NCBI GenBank assembly: GCA_050331735.1
Contig: JBHJGN010000023.1
Span: forward strand, 1-64,000
From: Cyanophyceae cyanobacterium
GTDB taxonomy: Bacteria; Cyanobacteriota; Cyanobacteriia; Cyanobacteriales; JBHJGN01
DNA: 64,000 nt
Reading direction: 5' to 3'
This document shows positions 49,759 through 60,595 of this stretch, piece by piece. Every line of letters starts with the position of its first letter. Position 1 is the stretch's first letter. The position numbers and the translations under genes were made by a program. The notes beneath the pieces are model-generated. The model saw nothing but the letters and a program-made list of their open reading frames with translations. It was not told the DNA's origin and did not search any database.

Positions 49759-50991
49759 CTACTGGGGAGTGTCCCGCTGACGCTCCTGAAGCCGTAAGGC
49801 GGCAAATTCTAAGGCTTCAGTGCGGGTGGAAATTGTCCCCTCAATCTGGGCAATCTGAATGTCGGTGAGCAGCCGACCAATTTGGGGACTGGGAGAGAGA
49901 GTGAGGGCGTTGAGCAGGTCGTCTCCTGTCACTAAAGGACGAGGGTGAGCGACTGGGTCATCAGGATTGAAGTAGCGGTCGAGGAGGGAGGCGATCGCCT
50001 GAGCGTCCTCTATCGCTGTTGCTAGCAGAGCTAATACGGGGAAAACGTTTCCAACATCCAAAAACAGGAAATATTGCTCTTTTAAGCTTAGAGGAGCGGT
50101 TCGGTGCCGCTGTAGCTGAGGCCAATGTTTTAAAACGGTCACTATAGCCCGGATCTGGCTGCGCGAATATTTAAGCGCCATCAATTCTGCTTCCGCTGTC
50201 CCGGGGGGCGTCGAAACTAGGCAGGCTAGCTTAGCCAACCAAGACCACTCTGAACGAGCGCGAAATTCGGTCCAGGTTGCTCCTAGTGTGTGCACTGCGT
50301 CGTCGATTCTCGCTACCTGCCGTAATTTTTCGCGGGTGAGAGTTGGCAACCACGGTTGCAGTAAACCGACTTGCCAGGCTGCTTGCAGCCAGTCACTTCT
50401 CCGAATAGCCAAAAGGTAGCCTAGTTCGGTTCGGACTCTTTCTGCAGCGACTGTGCCGAGGAGCGGAGCGAGTTGCTCAATGGTTGAGACGGTAGCCGGG
50501 TCAATCGAGAAATCAAGCTGGGCCGCTTGGCGATAAGCTCTTAACAGACGCAGTGGGTCATCTTGCAGGTTGGCCGGTGAAATCATTTTGATTGTTTTCT
50601 GCTTTAAATCGACTAGTCCCTGAAGCGGATCGACAAGCGTGTTGTTATGGAAACTATAGGCGATCGCATTAATAGTAAAGTCTCGCCGACGCAGATCGGT
50701 TGCTAAAGAGTCTCCTGAGCATTGGGCAAAATCGACTGTTCCGGCGGCAAAAACCACTCTGGCAATGTGCCGCTGTTCGTCTAGAACGACAAATCCAGCT
50801 TGATAATGACGGGCAATCCGGCGAGCCGTTTCTACAGCAGCGACTGGCACCACAAAATCCAAATCTAAAGTTTCTGTTTGCCTCTCAAGGAGTGCATCTC
50901 GGAGCGCTCCACCAACAAGAAAGGTGGACGGGGGTAACCACTCCAAGCCGAAGGGCAATTTTAGTGCCAACCGTGACAGGGGTGAAGCCAT
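49759..50991 (-). CDS. class II tRNA nucleotidyltransferase, probably CC-adding
   Basis: VGGALRD, DLDF, RRDFTINA, DDPLR; short segment between motifs A and B. Confidence 0.85.
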   Translation of the reverse strand: MASPLSRLALKLPFGLEWLPPSTFLVGGALRDALLERQTETLDLDFVVPVAAVETARRIARHYQAGFVVLDEQRHIARVVFAAGTVDFAQCSGDSLATDLRRRDFTINAIAYSFHNNTLVDPLQGLVDLKQKTIKMISPANLQDDPLRLLRAYRQAAQLDFSIDPATVSTIEQLAPLLGTVAAERVRTELGYLLAIRRSDWLQAAWQVGLLQPWLPTLTREKLRQVARIDDAVHTLGATWTEFRARSEWSWLAKLACLVSTPPGTAEAELMALKYSRSQIRAIVTVLKHWPQLQRHRTAPLSLKEQYFLFLDVGNVFPVLALLATAIEDAQAIASLLDRYFNPDDPVAHPRPLVTGDDLLNALTLSPSPQIGRLLTDIQIAQIEGTISTRTEALEFAALRLQERQRDTPQ

Positions 50992-51074
50992 ATCCTTAAC
51001 AAAATTCAACAAAAATTACCAGATATCCTGGCACCTGAGATAAATTAACAAGAAAGCCCGTTGAAGTGAGCGCC

Positions 51075-51323
51075 ATGTGTATTTGTGTTAACTGCTACTT
51101 TGTAGACCGCTGCAATACCTACCATGCCGTAGAGACCCAGCACCAGCAGCCTCATCTCACCGAAACTCCTAACTTTGAACCGAACGAGCCGACGATTAAC
51201 GTTAACATTCGCTCTAGGGAAGACTGGATTGAGATGGAGTGGGACGTCGTCGGCTGTCATAGCTTTCTCCGAGAAACCGGAAAATGGGCCAAGCTTCGTC
51301 CAGGAGAAGCCATTCCTACTTAA
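51075..51323 (+). CDS. ycf34: Ycf34 family Fe-S protein
   Basis: MCICVNC.FVDRC.TYHAVE.QH; EWDVVGC.SF. Confidence 0.9.
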   Translation: MCICVNCYFVDRCNTYHAVETQHQQPHLTETPNFEPNEPTINVNIRSREDWIEMEWDVVGCHSFLRETGKWAKLRPGEAIPT

Positions 51324-51437
51324 AGGGGAGTCACGAGTCTGTTGTCCTCAGCGAGTTAATGACCAGTCGTTAATGACAAATAACGAAATCCAGTTAATAC
51401 TGAAGAGTAGAGTAAACCTTTGTAAAGGCTCGGCTGG

Positions 51438-52067
51438 ATGTCTGGGGAATTTTTGACGCTAGAGACGCTTCAGGAACTAGCTTATCAGTACGGCTATTGG
51501 GCAGTCTTTCTAGGCATTGCCCTAGAGAATACAGGGGTTCCTTTACCCGGTGAAACTATTACTATCGTTGGCGGGTTTCTGGCCGGAAGTGGCGAACTGA
51601 GCTACTGGTTTGTCCTAGCAAGCGCCATCGGTGGAGCCATTCTCGGTGACAATTTTGGCTATTGGCTCGGCAGAATCGGTGGCTGGCCGCTGCTTTTACG
51701 GGTCGGAAAATTCTTTCGCTTCGAAGAACAGCAACTAGAAGCAATTCGGCATCAGTTTCGTCAGAATGCCCCTAGAGCGGTTTTCTTCGGGCGTTTCGTC
51801 GCTTTGTTGCGCATCTTTGCCGGTCCAATGGCAGGAATCGCTCACATGCCCTACCAGCAGTTTTTGCTCTGTAACTTTGGAGGGGCGGCTCTGTGGGCCT
51901 CTGTCATGGTAACGCTATCGTACTTTCTCGGACGAATTGTTTCCTTGTCAGTTTTGGTTAGCTGGATTGCGAAGTTTGGTATTCTCGCTCTTGCTCTCGT
52001 TGCTGTTTGGTGGGTCACTTCGGCCTGGCTGGAAACTCGCAAAACCGGGCTAGAGCTGAAAGATTAA
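51438..52067 (+). CDS. DedA family membrane protein
   Basis: LENTGVPLPGE, GDNFGYWLGR, FFGRFVALLR. Confidence 0.92.
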   Translation: MSGEFLTLETLQELAYQYGYWAVFLGIALENTGVPLPGETITIVGGFLAGSGELSYWFVLASAIGGAILGDNFGYWLGRIGGWPLLLRVGKFFRFEEQQLEAIRHQFRQNAPRAVFFGRFVALLRIFAGPMAGIAHMPYQQFLLCNFGGAALWASVMVTLSYFLGRIVSLSVLVSWIAKFGILALALVAVWWVTSAWLETRKTGLELKD

Positions 52068-52284
52068 TTTCTCCTCATGAGGAGATTGAGCCTACTAAGC
52101 AGTATCAGTAGCTCGGCCTCTCCCAAAAGCACCTTCAAAAACGCTGAAATTTGACACATAAAGACAAAAATGCCGTCGAAAACCGCTATCCAGTTAAATA
52201 CTAAGCGCAGCGCCTAATTAAAGCCACAAGTACTTTAAAGATTCGACTAAAGCTACGACTCAAACAGCAAAGCTTGGGCAAACC

Positions 52285-52298
52285 GTATCTTTTTATAC
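52285..52298 (+). promoter_or_regulatory. NtcA binding site upstream of amt
   Basis: exact GTA-N8-TAC (GTATCTTTTTATAC) about 330 bp before an ammonium transporter, a known NtcA target class. Confidence 0.7.
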
Positions 52299-52627
52299 AG
52301 AAAAACGGAGTTAAAACCAGCGACATTTAAAAGTCTAGTTGGGCAATGATGCCTGCCGGTGAGGAACTAGGCGAACTTGACGGTGTAACCCTCTTATCTG
52401 TAGATTTCTCTGTTAAGTCACTTTAATTTTGCGTCTAAAAGCTGTGACCGATCTTGGTTCACCCCCCACAATAAATTCATCGAGATAACGCCGAGTTCTC
52501 TTAATCCAGAGAAGAGCTAGCAGCCGCTTTGCTCGACTGTTAGACAAGCGCTCTTAACTTGCGCAGACATAATCTTTGCTTTTTAAAAAAGCGAAAGCGT
52601 TTTACAACTACTTAGGGTTTAGTAAAA

Positions 52628-54121
52628 ATGTCTAAACAAACAATAGCAACATCACCACCGCAATGGAAACATCCAGAACCGCGACCGTTTCCCTGGGGGC
52701 TTCTGGCCACAAATGCTAAGACTGCGCCCTATTGGCTAGGCTGTGCCTTGCTAACGGCCATCATTGTCATTGCTTGGAATACAGCAGTCGTGGCTCAAGA
52801 GCCAGGAGATACCGGGTCAATTGAGACTGTACAGGGAACGTTAAATGCTATTTGGGTTCTCATCGCCGCTATTTTGGTGATCTTTATGAACGCTGGTTTC
52901 GGTATGCTGGAAACCGGATTTTGTCGCCAGAAAAATGCCGTTAATATTCTCTCTAAAAACCTGATTGTGTTTGCCCTGGCTACCATTTCTTTTTGGGCCG
53001 TGGGGTTTTCTCTCATGTTTGGTACAGGAAACGGCTTTTTTGGTCTGGGCGGATGGTTTTTGGGCAGCGAAGACCCGGCGACTTACGGACTAGACCCATT
53101 TCCCGCTGGGTTGCCCATCTCCGTATTTTTCTTATTTCAAGCCGCCTTTGCCGGAACAGCAGCCACGATTGTTTCCGGTGCCGTTGCTGAAAGAATCAAG
53201 TTTGTAGACTTTGTTGTTTTTAGTTTGTTGCTCACCGCCATTTCTTATCCGATTACCGGTCACTGGGTCTGGAGTGGTGATGGCTGGCTGGGAGCGATGG
53301 GCTTCTCCGATTTTGCAGGCTCAACGGTAGTCCATTCAGTGGGCGGCTGGTGTGCTTTGATGGGAGCAGCGTTCCTCGGACCCAGAGAAGGCAAATACTT
53401 CAACGGACGAATCAACGCCATTCCGGGTCACAATATGAGCATTGCAACTCTAGGATGCTTAATTTTGTGGATCGGCTGGTTTGGATTCAACCCAGGCTCG
53501 CAACTCGCCGCCGATGAAGCCGTGCCCTATATTGCGGTCACGACAAACCTAGCGGCGGTTTCTGGCGGGATTTTAGCAACGATTACCTCCTGGATTAAGG
53601 ACGGTAAGCCAGACCTATCGATGATCATTAACGGAATTCTGGCTGGCTTAGTCGGAATTACGGCAGGCTGTGCCGGCGTTTCCTACTGGGGAGCCGTTAT
53701 TATTGGCGCGATCGCTGGCGTGATTGTGGTCTTCTCAGTAGCTTTCTTCGATGCCATCCGCATTGACGATCCGGTGGGAGCCATTTCGGTTCACCTTGTC
53801 TGTGGGATTTGGGGAACCCTGGCAGTCGGTATCTTCGATACCGAATTAGCTGGCATTCCGCAAATCATTACTCAACTTATTGGCATTCTCTCGATCGGTG
53901 GCTTCACCGTGCTGTTCGCTTCGATTGTCTGGCTCATTCTTAAAGCAGTCGGCGGGATTCGCGTCTCGCCAGAAGAAGAACTCACAGGCTTAGACATCGG
54001 CGAGCACGGCATGGAGGCCTATAGCGGCTTTGTCAAGGAATCGGAAGAAGTTGTCGGTGCTCCGACTGTGGGCAGCATCAGAGATCGGGACGATTTTCCT
54101 CAGAGTTCGGAATCGATATAG
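52628..54121 (+). CDS. amt: ammonium transporter (Amt1-type)
   Basis: [51 protein letters not shown]. Confidence 0.96.
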   Translation: MSKQTIATSPPQWKHPEPRPFPWGLLATNAKTAPYWLGCALLTAIIVIAWNTAVVAQEPGDTGSIETVQGTLNAIWVLIAAILVIFMNAGFGMLETGFCRQKNAVNILSKNLIVFALATISFWAVGFSLMFGTGNGFFGLGGWFLGSEDPATYGLDPFPAGLPISVFFLFQAAFAGTAATIVSGAVAERIKFVDFVVFSLLLTAISYPITGHWVWSGDGWLGAMGFSDFAGSTVVHSVGGWCALMGAAFLGPREGKYFNGRINAIPGHNMSIATLGCLILWIGWFGFNPGSQLAADEAVPYIAVTTNLAAVSGGILATITSWIKDGKPDLSMIINGILAGLVGITAGCAGVSYWGAVIIGAIAGVIVVFSVAFFDAIRIDDPVGAISVHLVCGIWGTLAVGIFDTELAGIPQIITQLIGILSIGGFTVLFASIVWLILKAVGGIRVSPEEELTGLDIGEHGMEAYSGFVKESEEVVGAPTVGSIRDRDDFPQSSESI

Positions 54122-54300
54122 TCGCTGCGCCACGGGGAAAAGGAAAACAGTTCCTGACGGAACGGGGAAAGGGGAAAGGGAAATCTGTCCCTCCGGGACG
54201 GGGAAAGAACGGGGAAATCTGGAACAAGCGACTCATTCCCCCTTTCTCGTTGCACCGCAACTTTTTCCCCTTTTTCCGCAGCGCAAGCTGCTTTCCCCCG
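54121..54300. repeat. mini-hairpin + GGGGAAA repeat cluster (G-rich arm then C-rich arm)
   Basis: five hairpin units at 54121, 54150, 54187 (+) and 54249, 54278 (-) embedded in GGGGAAA/TTTCCCC heptamers. Confidence 0.8.
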
Positions 54301-54397
54301 CGCCGATGGCGCAACAGAGAGCAGTTTTTTCGTGGGAAGAAAGCGGCGCTGTCTGTGGGGTTGTAGAATAGCGAGTAGCGAATGATGAAGAACAAAC

Positions 54398-55603
54398 ATG
54401 GATACTAAAGCGTTTAAGCGATCGCTGCATCAGTCTCAGCAGTATCACCGCCAAGGATTTGGCCGGGAAGCGGAAGTAGCAGGAGTGATGAATGCGGAGT
54501 ATCAAAGCGATCTGATTCAGGAAATTCGCGCTCGTCAGTATCGACTCCAGCGAGGTAACGTCACGATTCGGCTGGCTGAAGCCTTTGGCTTCTGTTGGGG
54601 AGTAGAACGGGCCGTGGCGATGGCCTACGAAACTCGTCAGCACTTCCCCACCCAAAGAATCTGGATTACGAACGAAATTATTCACAATCCTTCGGTCAAT
54701 CAGCGTTTGCGAGACATGGCCGTAGCCTTTATTCCGGTAGAGGCCGGAGTCAAAGATTTTTCAGCCGTGGGCGTTGGCGATGTAGTGATTCTGCCCGCCT
54801 TTGGAGCTAGCGTTAGCGAAATGCAGTTGCTCAACGACAAAGACTGCACCATCGTCGATACCACCTGTCCTTGGGTTTCTAAAGTTTGGAATGCGGTGGA
54901 GAAGCACAAAAAGCGCCGCTACACGTCGATTATTCACGGCAAGTATGGTCATGAAGAAACCGTAGCCACCAGCTCCTTTGCCAATCAATATCTGGTGATC
55001 CTCAATATGGACCAGGCCCACTATGTCCGCGACTATATTCTCAATGGCGGCAGTCGGGAAGAATTTATGGCCAAGTTTGCTGGCGCTCATTCGGATGGAT
55101 TCGACCCTGACAAAGATCTAGAGCGAGTGGGCATTGCCAATCAGACGACGATGCTGAAAAGCGAAACTGAGCAGATTGGCAAACTATTTGAGCAGACTAT
55201 GCTCAAAAAATACGGTCCTGCCGAGCTCAACCAACATTTCATGAGCTTCAATACCATCTGCGATGCTACTCAAGAACGCCAGGATGCCATGTTTGAGCTG
55301 GTGGAAGAACAGGTAGATTTAATGGTGGTGATTGGTGGCTTTAATTCGTCTAACACGACTCACCTTCAGGAAATTGCGGTGGAGCGCGGCATTCCTTCGT
55401 ATCACATCGACAGTAGCGATCGCATTGGTCCCGGCAATCGCGTCGAGCACAAGCCCTTGGGAAAAGAGATCGAAGTGACTGAAAAGTGGCTGCCGGAAGG
55501 TCCGATTACGGTGGGCGTGACGAGCGGAGCCTCTACGCCAGACCGCATCGTAGCCGACGCAATTGAGAAAATTTTTGCTCTCAAAGCAGAGGCGATCGCG
55601 TAG
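54398..55603 (+). CDS. ispH: 4-hydroxy-3-methylbut-2-enyl diphosphate reductase
   Basis: [45 protein letters not shown]. Confidence 0.96.
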   Translation: MDTKAFKRSLHQSQQYHRQGFGREAEVAGVMNAEYQSDLIQEIRARQYRLQRGNVTIRLAEAFGFCWGVERAVAMAYETRQHFPTQRIWITNEIIHNPSVNQRLRDMAVAFIPVEAGVKDFSAVGVGDVVILPAFGASVSEMQLLNDKDCTIVDTTCPWVSKVWNAVEKHKKRRYTSIIHGKYGHEETVATSSFANQYLVILNMDQAHYVRDYILNGGSREEFMAKFAGAHSDGFDPDKDLERVGIANQTTMLKSETEQIGKLFEQTMLKKYGPAELNQHFMSFNTICDATQERQDAMFELVEEQVDLMVVIGGFNSSNTTHLQEIAVERGIPSYHIDSSDRIGPGNRVEHKPLGKEIEVTEKWLPEGPITVGVTSGASTPDRIVADAIEKIFALKAEAIA

Positions 55604-55613
55604 CGTTCGTCGG

Positions 55614-57017
55614 CTACTCTAGCTCCTGGCGCAGTTGCTCCGCTTCTGCTAGAGTTTCTTCTGGATCTTGCTCGGTGGAGCGCTCGAGGTAATTCAGCTT
55701 AATTTCTTCTAATAAATCAGCCAGCAACGTCTGGAGTTCTGCCTGCACCGTCTGATCCCGGAGTTCTTTGCGGAGGGCTTGCTTAAAGTTGTCTGCCAAA
55801 TTGTCAAATAAGACTCGCCCCTGGACATCAGAGTAGGAGCTGACCAATACTTCATAAACAGACTGCGCTAAATAATCTGCTAGCCCTTCGGTGACTTCTA
55901 TGGGCACTCCTTCAATGCCCGGGACGCTTTGCAGTGCTTGATAGAAATCCGACTGCTTGAGGGCTTCTCTAAGGTTATAGCGCAGCAGCGCTTCTAGGTC
56001 CGGCTGAATTTGGGGAACGACTTTGTAAATGGCGAGCTGGAGAATCCGGTCAACAATGACGTCAACTTCATCAATTTCATTGACTTTCTGATGAGGCTTG
56101 GGCTGTAGCAACCAGCGAGCAGCATCTCCGGCTGCTACGGCCTCTTGAGTCTGGTTAATCAGATTCACAATCATAAAATTAGAAACGCGCTCCGCCAGAT
56201 ACGCCGCCGGTTCGTGAGTAACCTGAGCCAGAATACGCTCGAGATTGAATAGACCAGATTGATGCACCCGGACCGTAACGGGAATTGCTCGCAACCATCT
56301 CCAGGTCGGCAACAGCAGTAGGGCATCGTACCACCGCTGTAGAATCGCATCCCACCAGCTTAGATCGGTGCGACGGGTCGAGAGGCGAAAGGTGCGGACC
56401 AGATACTCTAACCCAAAGAAAATCACAAATCCCAGGTCGAGCTGCCAAAACCGATCGACAAACCGCCCATTTTCATCCACTTGGCGAAAATAGTTTGTTT
56501 CCAGCAGGGGACGGATTTTAGAGTCAAAGAAGGCAAAGGCCGCTTGCGGACTCGCCTGCGTCAGGTAATCCTGCGACCACAGAGTGTTCAGGGCCTGTTC
56601 GGTCGAACGATTTTGTAGTTGATATTCTAGGCGTCGCTTCAGTTGAGCAAAGGTATCAAACTTATTAGCATCCAAAAACGGGTTTTCTTGAATTAAGTCA
56701 GCACTTTGCTGCCGCAATGAGGTCAGGAGTGCCGCTGTTGATGTTGACTCTAACCCCGATGAAACAGTCTGCTGTTTAAGTGCTTCAACGGTTTGTAGGT
56801 AGTGAACGGTGTCAGGATGGGGTTCAATACTTTTTACCGGGTCGTAAAATCTGACCAAGGCGGGCACGTGGTGAACGTAAAAGTCTCTCAGCGGAATGTA
56901 GCTGAGGTTAAAGAGAACCAGCAGGAAATTTACCAGAGCGACAAGCGCCACCAGCTTACTCCACCAGCTTGAGTGAGCAATTGTCGCCAAGGTTTGGGGC
57001 TGTACTGTATTGTCCAT
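55614..57017 (-). CDS. conserved cyanobacterial membrane protein of unknown function
   Basis: LVLFNLSYIPLRDFY, YDPVKSIEPH, ENPF, RWYD..LLLP.WRWLR.IPV; likely start MDNTVQ. Confidence 0.7.
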   Translation of the reverse strand: MDNTVQPQTLATIAHSSWWSKLVALVALVNFLLVLFNLSYIPLRDFYVHHVPALVRFYDPVKSIEPHPDTVHYLQTVEALKQQTVSSGLESTSTAALLTSLRQQSADLIQENPFLDANKFDTFAQLKRRLEYQLQNRSTEQALNTLWSQDYLTQASPQAAFAFFDSKIRPLLETNYFRQVDENGRFVDRFWQLDLGFVIFFGLEYLVRTFRLSTRRTDLSWWDAILQRWYDALLLLPTWRWLRAIPVTVRVHQSGLFNLERILAQVTHEPAAYLAERVSNFMIVNLINQTQEAVAAGDAARWLLQPKPHQKVNEIDEVDVIVDRILQLAIYKVVPQIQPDLEALLRYNLREALKQSDFYQALQSVPGIEGVPIEVTEGLADYLAQSVYEVLVSSYSDVQGRVLFDNLADNFKQALRKELRDQTVQAELQTLLADLLEEIKLNYLERSTEQDPEETLAEAEQLRQELE

Positions 57018-57039
57018 GCGCAAGTTATTGTTTTCTCTA

Positions 57040-57360
57040 TTAATTTTCCCCCACCGGATGCCACTGATAGTCACGGAGGATAATTTTTCCGGCGCTCGTA
57101 AAGTGAATTGCTTCTTGTTCCAGGAGCGATCGCTGAAAATAATCGCCTCCGCGTCGGTGCGGCGAATAAGAAACCTCTCCCTTAGCATTGACCACCCGAT
57201 GCCAAGGGACATCCGAGCCGCTTTCTAAGCGATACAAGGCATATCCTACTAGGCGAGCCTGTCCCGGTAAATTCGCTAACTCCGCCACTTGGCCGTAAGT
57301 CGCTACTCGTCCGGGCGGAATCTGACGCACAACCTGATAAATTTTGTCGTAGGCAGACAT
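57040..57360 (-). CDS. alkyltransferase-like protein (MGMT family, PWHR)
   Basis: IPPGRVATYGQVA, ARLVG, PWHRVVN; Trp replaces the active-site Cys, as in ATL proteins. Confidence 0.88.
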   Translation of the reverse strand: MSAYDKIYQVVRQIPPGRVATYGQVAELANLPGQARLVGYALYRLESGSDVPWHRVVNAKGEVSYSPHRRGGDYFQRSLLEQEAIHFTSAGKIILRDYQWHPVGEN

Positions 57361-57369
57361 AAAAAGTCA

Positions 57370-57570
57370 GTCGCTGCGCGACGGGGAAAGGGAAAAGGGA
57401 AAACTGTCCCTTTCCCCAACGGGAACGCTCCGCGAACGGGACGGGGAAAGGGGAACAGTGACCAGACTAGTTCATTCAACTGGTAACTGCTCGCTGTCAA
57501 GTCTCTTTTCCCTTTCCCCCTCCCCCTTTCCCCGTTGCGGAGCAACTTCCCCCTTTTCCCCGCGCGCCTA
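57370..57570. repeat. mini-hairpin + GGGGAAA repeat cluster with a nested 27-nt insert
   Basis: units at 57370 and 57406-57449 (+) and 57534 (-). Confidence 0.8.
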
Positions 57571-57577
57571 GGAGCGC

Positions 57578-59263
57578 TTATTTCCGGTCGGAACGTAAAA
57601 TACTGGCAATCAGCCATAGCCCGAATAAACTAGCGGCGGCAAAGAGAACGTTACTAATAATAGATAACTGAGTTGTTTGTGCTCCGGTAGAAATAATCGC
57701 GGCTCCCATGATCAGGGAACCAACAATAATGCTAAAGGAAAGTCGGTTGGCTGAAGCATCGACACTGCGTCGGAGGGGATCGAGATCTCGGATTGTTAAA
57801 TTCCACTTCAGCGTTTCCGACGTCACTCGGTCCAGCAAGAGTTCGACCTGACGGGGGGAACGAATCGACAAACTCTTGAGATCTAGGGCAGTGCGCAGAA
57901 AGGTTTGAGTCGGATTGTTGCCCAGTAGCTGACGGCGGAACAGATCCGTCATCAGCGGCTTAATTTCGTCGAGCAGATTAACCTCGGGGTCGAAGGTCCG
58001 AGCGGCGCCTTCCAAATTAGCGATGGTTTTAGCGTACAATCCCATGTTGCTCGGTAAGCGCACTCGATTGTCCCGGGACACTTGCAAAATCTCGTAGAAG
58101 ACTTCGCTAAAGTTGATCTCAGACAGACTCAGATTGTAGTACTTCCGCAACATACGGCTGTAGTCGTTTTCCAAGCGGTCTAAACTAATGGGCTGTCCGG
58201 ACTCGGCTAACTCAATCGTGAGCTGAGCGCAGCGTTGAGCATCGAGATCGACAATCGCTAGCAACATTTCTGTCAGGATCTGCTGAGTGCGCGGATCTAA
58301 GCGCCCAACCATTCCGCAGTCTAGAAGCGCTATCCGACCATCGCCGAGATAGAAAATATTGCCGGGATGGGGATCGGCGTGGAAAAAGCCATCAAGATAA
58401 ATTTGCTGAAAGAAAGCGCGAAATAGCAGCGTTGTGACTTCCCGTCTTTGAGTAACCGCGCTCTTCCCCTGAGCTTGCTCAAAGAAGCTGCTAGAGCTAC
58501 TGCCGTTAGGAGCAGTGGGAGGCAGCTTGGCCGACAGCAGTGGCACTCCCTCTAGCCACTCTAGTACCAGAAGATTTGGAGTGGTAAGCTCTGAGTAAAC
58601 TTGAGGAATCACCACTCGCTGGGGATCGAACCACTGGCTGGTTGAGAGATTATGGCGCAGTTGCTCAGTGTATTCAGCTTCAGTGGTAAAATCTAGTTCA
58701 GCTCGCAGCGCCTTGGTAAACTCGTCGGCGATCGCAATGATGTCGTAGTCTTTGCCGAAATCTGTGAGGGAAACGAGTTCTGCTAACCCTTTGATTAAGG
58801 CAATATCCTGGTCAACAATGGGTTCAATTCCTGGCCGCTGCACCTTGAGCGCCACTTCTCGACCGTCTTTCAGAGTAGCTCGGTGAACTTGAGCAATCGA
58901 GGCGGCGGCGATCGCCGTCGGAGCGATCGACTCAAAGGTTTCTTCTAAAGAGCGCGGTAGCTGCTGACGAATTGACGTTTCTACTTGGCTCCAGGCTACC
59001 GGCGGCACGTTCGACTGCAAATCGGTCAGAGCTTCTACGTATTCTCCCGGCAGCAAATCTGGGCGAGTAGACAACAGTTGCCCGAGCTTCACATACACTG
59101 GACCTAATTCAATTAATATCTTGCAAAGCACTGCCGGAGGCGGTAGCTGCGGCTCATCCGTTTTTTTCCCCGTCAACAGTCCGCGCATGTAGTCCCAGCC
59201 GTTACGGAAGACAACCTCTAGAATTTCTCGCTGACGAGACGTATTTTGAGTAAGAGAAAGCAT
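57578..59263 (-). CDS. ABC1/UbiB (AarF) family atypical kinase
   Basis: LGPVYVKLGQLLSTRPD, AASIAQVH, VALKVQRP, ELDF, FFHADPHPGN, LDCGMVG. Confidence 0.93.
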   Translation of the reverse strand: MLSLTQNTSRQREILEVVFRNGWDYMRGLLTGKKTDEPQLPPPAVLCKILIELGPVYVKLGQLLSTRPDLLPGEYVEALTDLQSNVPPVAWSQVETSIRQQLPRSLEETFESIAPTAIAAASIAQVHRATLKDGREVALKVQRPGIEPIVDQDIALIKGLAELVSLTDFGKDYDIIAIADEFTKALRAELDFTTEAEYTEQLRHNLSTSQWFDPQRVVIPQVYSELTTPNLLVLEWLEGVPLLSAKLPPTAPNGSSSSSFFEQAQGKSAVTQRREVTTLLFRAFFQQIYLDGFFHADPHPGNIFYLGDGRIALLDCGMVGRLDPRTQQILTEMLLAIVDLDAQRCAQLTIELAESGQPISLDRLENDYSRMLRKYYNLSLSEINFSEVFYEILQVSRDNRVRLPSNMGLYAKTIANLEGAARTFDPEVNLLDEIKPLMTDLFRRQLLGNNPTQTFLRTALDLKSLSIRSPRQVELLLDRVTSETLKWNLTIRDLDPLRRSVDASANRLSFSIIVGSLIMGAAIISTGAQTTQLSIISNVLFAAASLFGLWLIASILRSDRK

Positions 59264-59574
59264 TGGTTTTAAATCAACTGAATACATTCTTGAGCGAGAA
59301 TACCTGTTGTTACTCTAAGCTGCTGAAAATCTCAATTGCTGTCTGCTTCACAGGTTACTTGAGTTTCCCCGATTTCTATTTTAATAAGATCTGCTCACAA
59401 TCACCTGAAACCAGGGAGCAATTCCTCACTCTCAAACTAGAGAAGGATGTTTTCAGGCAAGCGTTCTGCTAGATTATTTTTCACGAGTTTATTTGAATCC
59501 AAAAACTTTCAACCAAAACATTAGCAAACAACAATCTTGTTAGTGCATTTATTCTTAATCAGAGGTTATTTGTT

Positions 59575-59829
59575 ATGTCAGCGTCAAGCCCCCTCAATGG
59601 ATTAGATTTAGTTGATTGCGCCAAGGCAAATGCGAAGCAAGGAGTAGAAGTAGCAGCTAAACAGTGTGGTTATGGACCAGATATTAACAGCTTTAAACAA
59701 AATTTGAAGCAAGCCTGCCAGAATATGGGGATACAAATTAGCGAGTTAAGCGACCTCATTACCGATCAACAGGTCGTTAGAGATCGAGGCGGACTGGAAA
59801 TCTCCCCAGAATCTCAATCCGATCTTTAG
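59575..59829 (+). CDS. small conserved hypothetical protein
   Basis: 84 aa; GAGG RBS; PL.G.DLVDCAKANA.QG..AA.QCGYG. Confidence 0.7.
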   Translation: MSASSPLNGLDLVDCAKANAKQGVEVAAKQCGYGPDINSFKQNLKQACQNMGIQISELSDLITDQQVVRDRGGLEISPESQSDL

Positions 59830-59862
59830 CCAATCAGCAGCCCGATTACGAGGGGTTGACAA

Positions 59863-60486
59863 TTAACTTTTAGCCTGAATAACCTGTAAACTGTTTCCTG
59901 CAAACAGGCGACGCTGAAACGACTTGAACCCCGCAGCTTCTAAGCGCTGCTGCAAATCCATTTCGATAAACTGCCAGGCTGTTTCTGTTTCAAACAACCC
60001 TAAAAAAATGGCTAAGCCAGCTCTAAAGAACCAGTGACTAGCATGATGAAAGTCAAGGAACGTGAAAGTTCCTCCCGGTTTTAAAACTCGATAAACTTCT
60101 TGAAAAAGCTGCTGAAGTTCGTCAACATCCATTTCATGGAGAGCAACGCTAGCGTGAACGAGGTCGAAAGTCTGGCGATCGAAAGGTAACTCCTGCGCTC
60201 GTCCTTCAACGTATTGAGCTTGAGGCACCTTGGCCGCTGCCCGCTTTAACGCTACAGGAGACACGTCTAATCCGGTAACGTTTTGAGAATACTGAACCAA
60301 GATCTGAGTTGTTTGACCAGCGCCACAGCACAAGTCTAAAACGGCGGTATCTCGATCGAGAGGAAGTCCCTGAAGAGCCAGATGGCGAAAGCGGTTTTCT
60401 CCACCGACGCTGAGGGCTGCTAACCGAGAAATGCCGTTATAGAGCCACTGATATTGATAGCTCCAGGTTCTGAGAATCGTTGCCAA
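59863..60486 (-). CDS. class I SAM-dependent methyltransferase
   Basis: VLDLCCGAG, GLDVS, FDLVH.S.ALHE, RVLKPGG; TTG start after GGA. Confidence 0.88.
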   Translation of the reverse strand: MATILRTWSYQYQWLYNGISRLAALSVGGENRFRHLALQGLPLDRDTAVLDLCCGAGQTTQILVQYSQNVTGLDVSPVALKRAAAKVPQAQYVEGRAQELPFDRQTFDLVHASVALHEMDVDELQQLFQEVYRVLKPGGTFTFLDFHHASHWFFRAGLAIFLGLFETETAWQFIEMDLQQRLEAAGFKSFQRRLFAGNSLQVIQAKS

Positions 60487-60595
60487 GGATAATCTCCACT
60501 CAATTGTGTGTAATTGTAAGTAGTGTGAACGCAGAAAAAAATATATTGTTAAAATTAGTAAAGAATCTGAAAATTGTTGGAAGGCTATTTAGAGT

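Noticed and set aside
54121..54300. Possible CRISPR array (repeated GGGGAAA with variable inserts)
   Set aside because: Units are 7-20 bp and irregularly spaced, with no constant 23-47 bp repeat, no unique spacers and no cas genes; treated as a dispersed repeat family.
54030..54685. Overlapping short ORFs around amt-ispH (also 46649-47197 and 57289-57617)
   Set aside because: They read through the GGGGAAA/TTTCCCC repeats (FPFPRS and GKGK peptides) or lie antisense to real genes.
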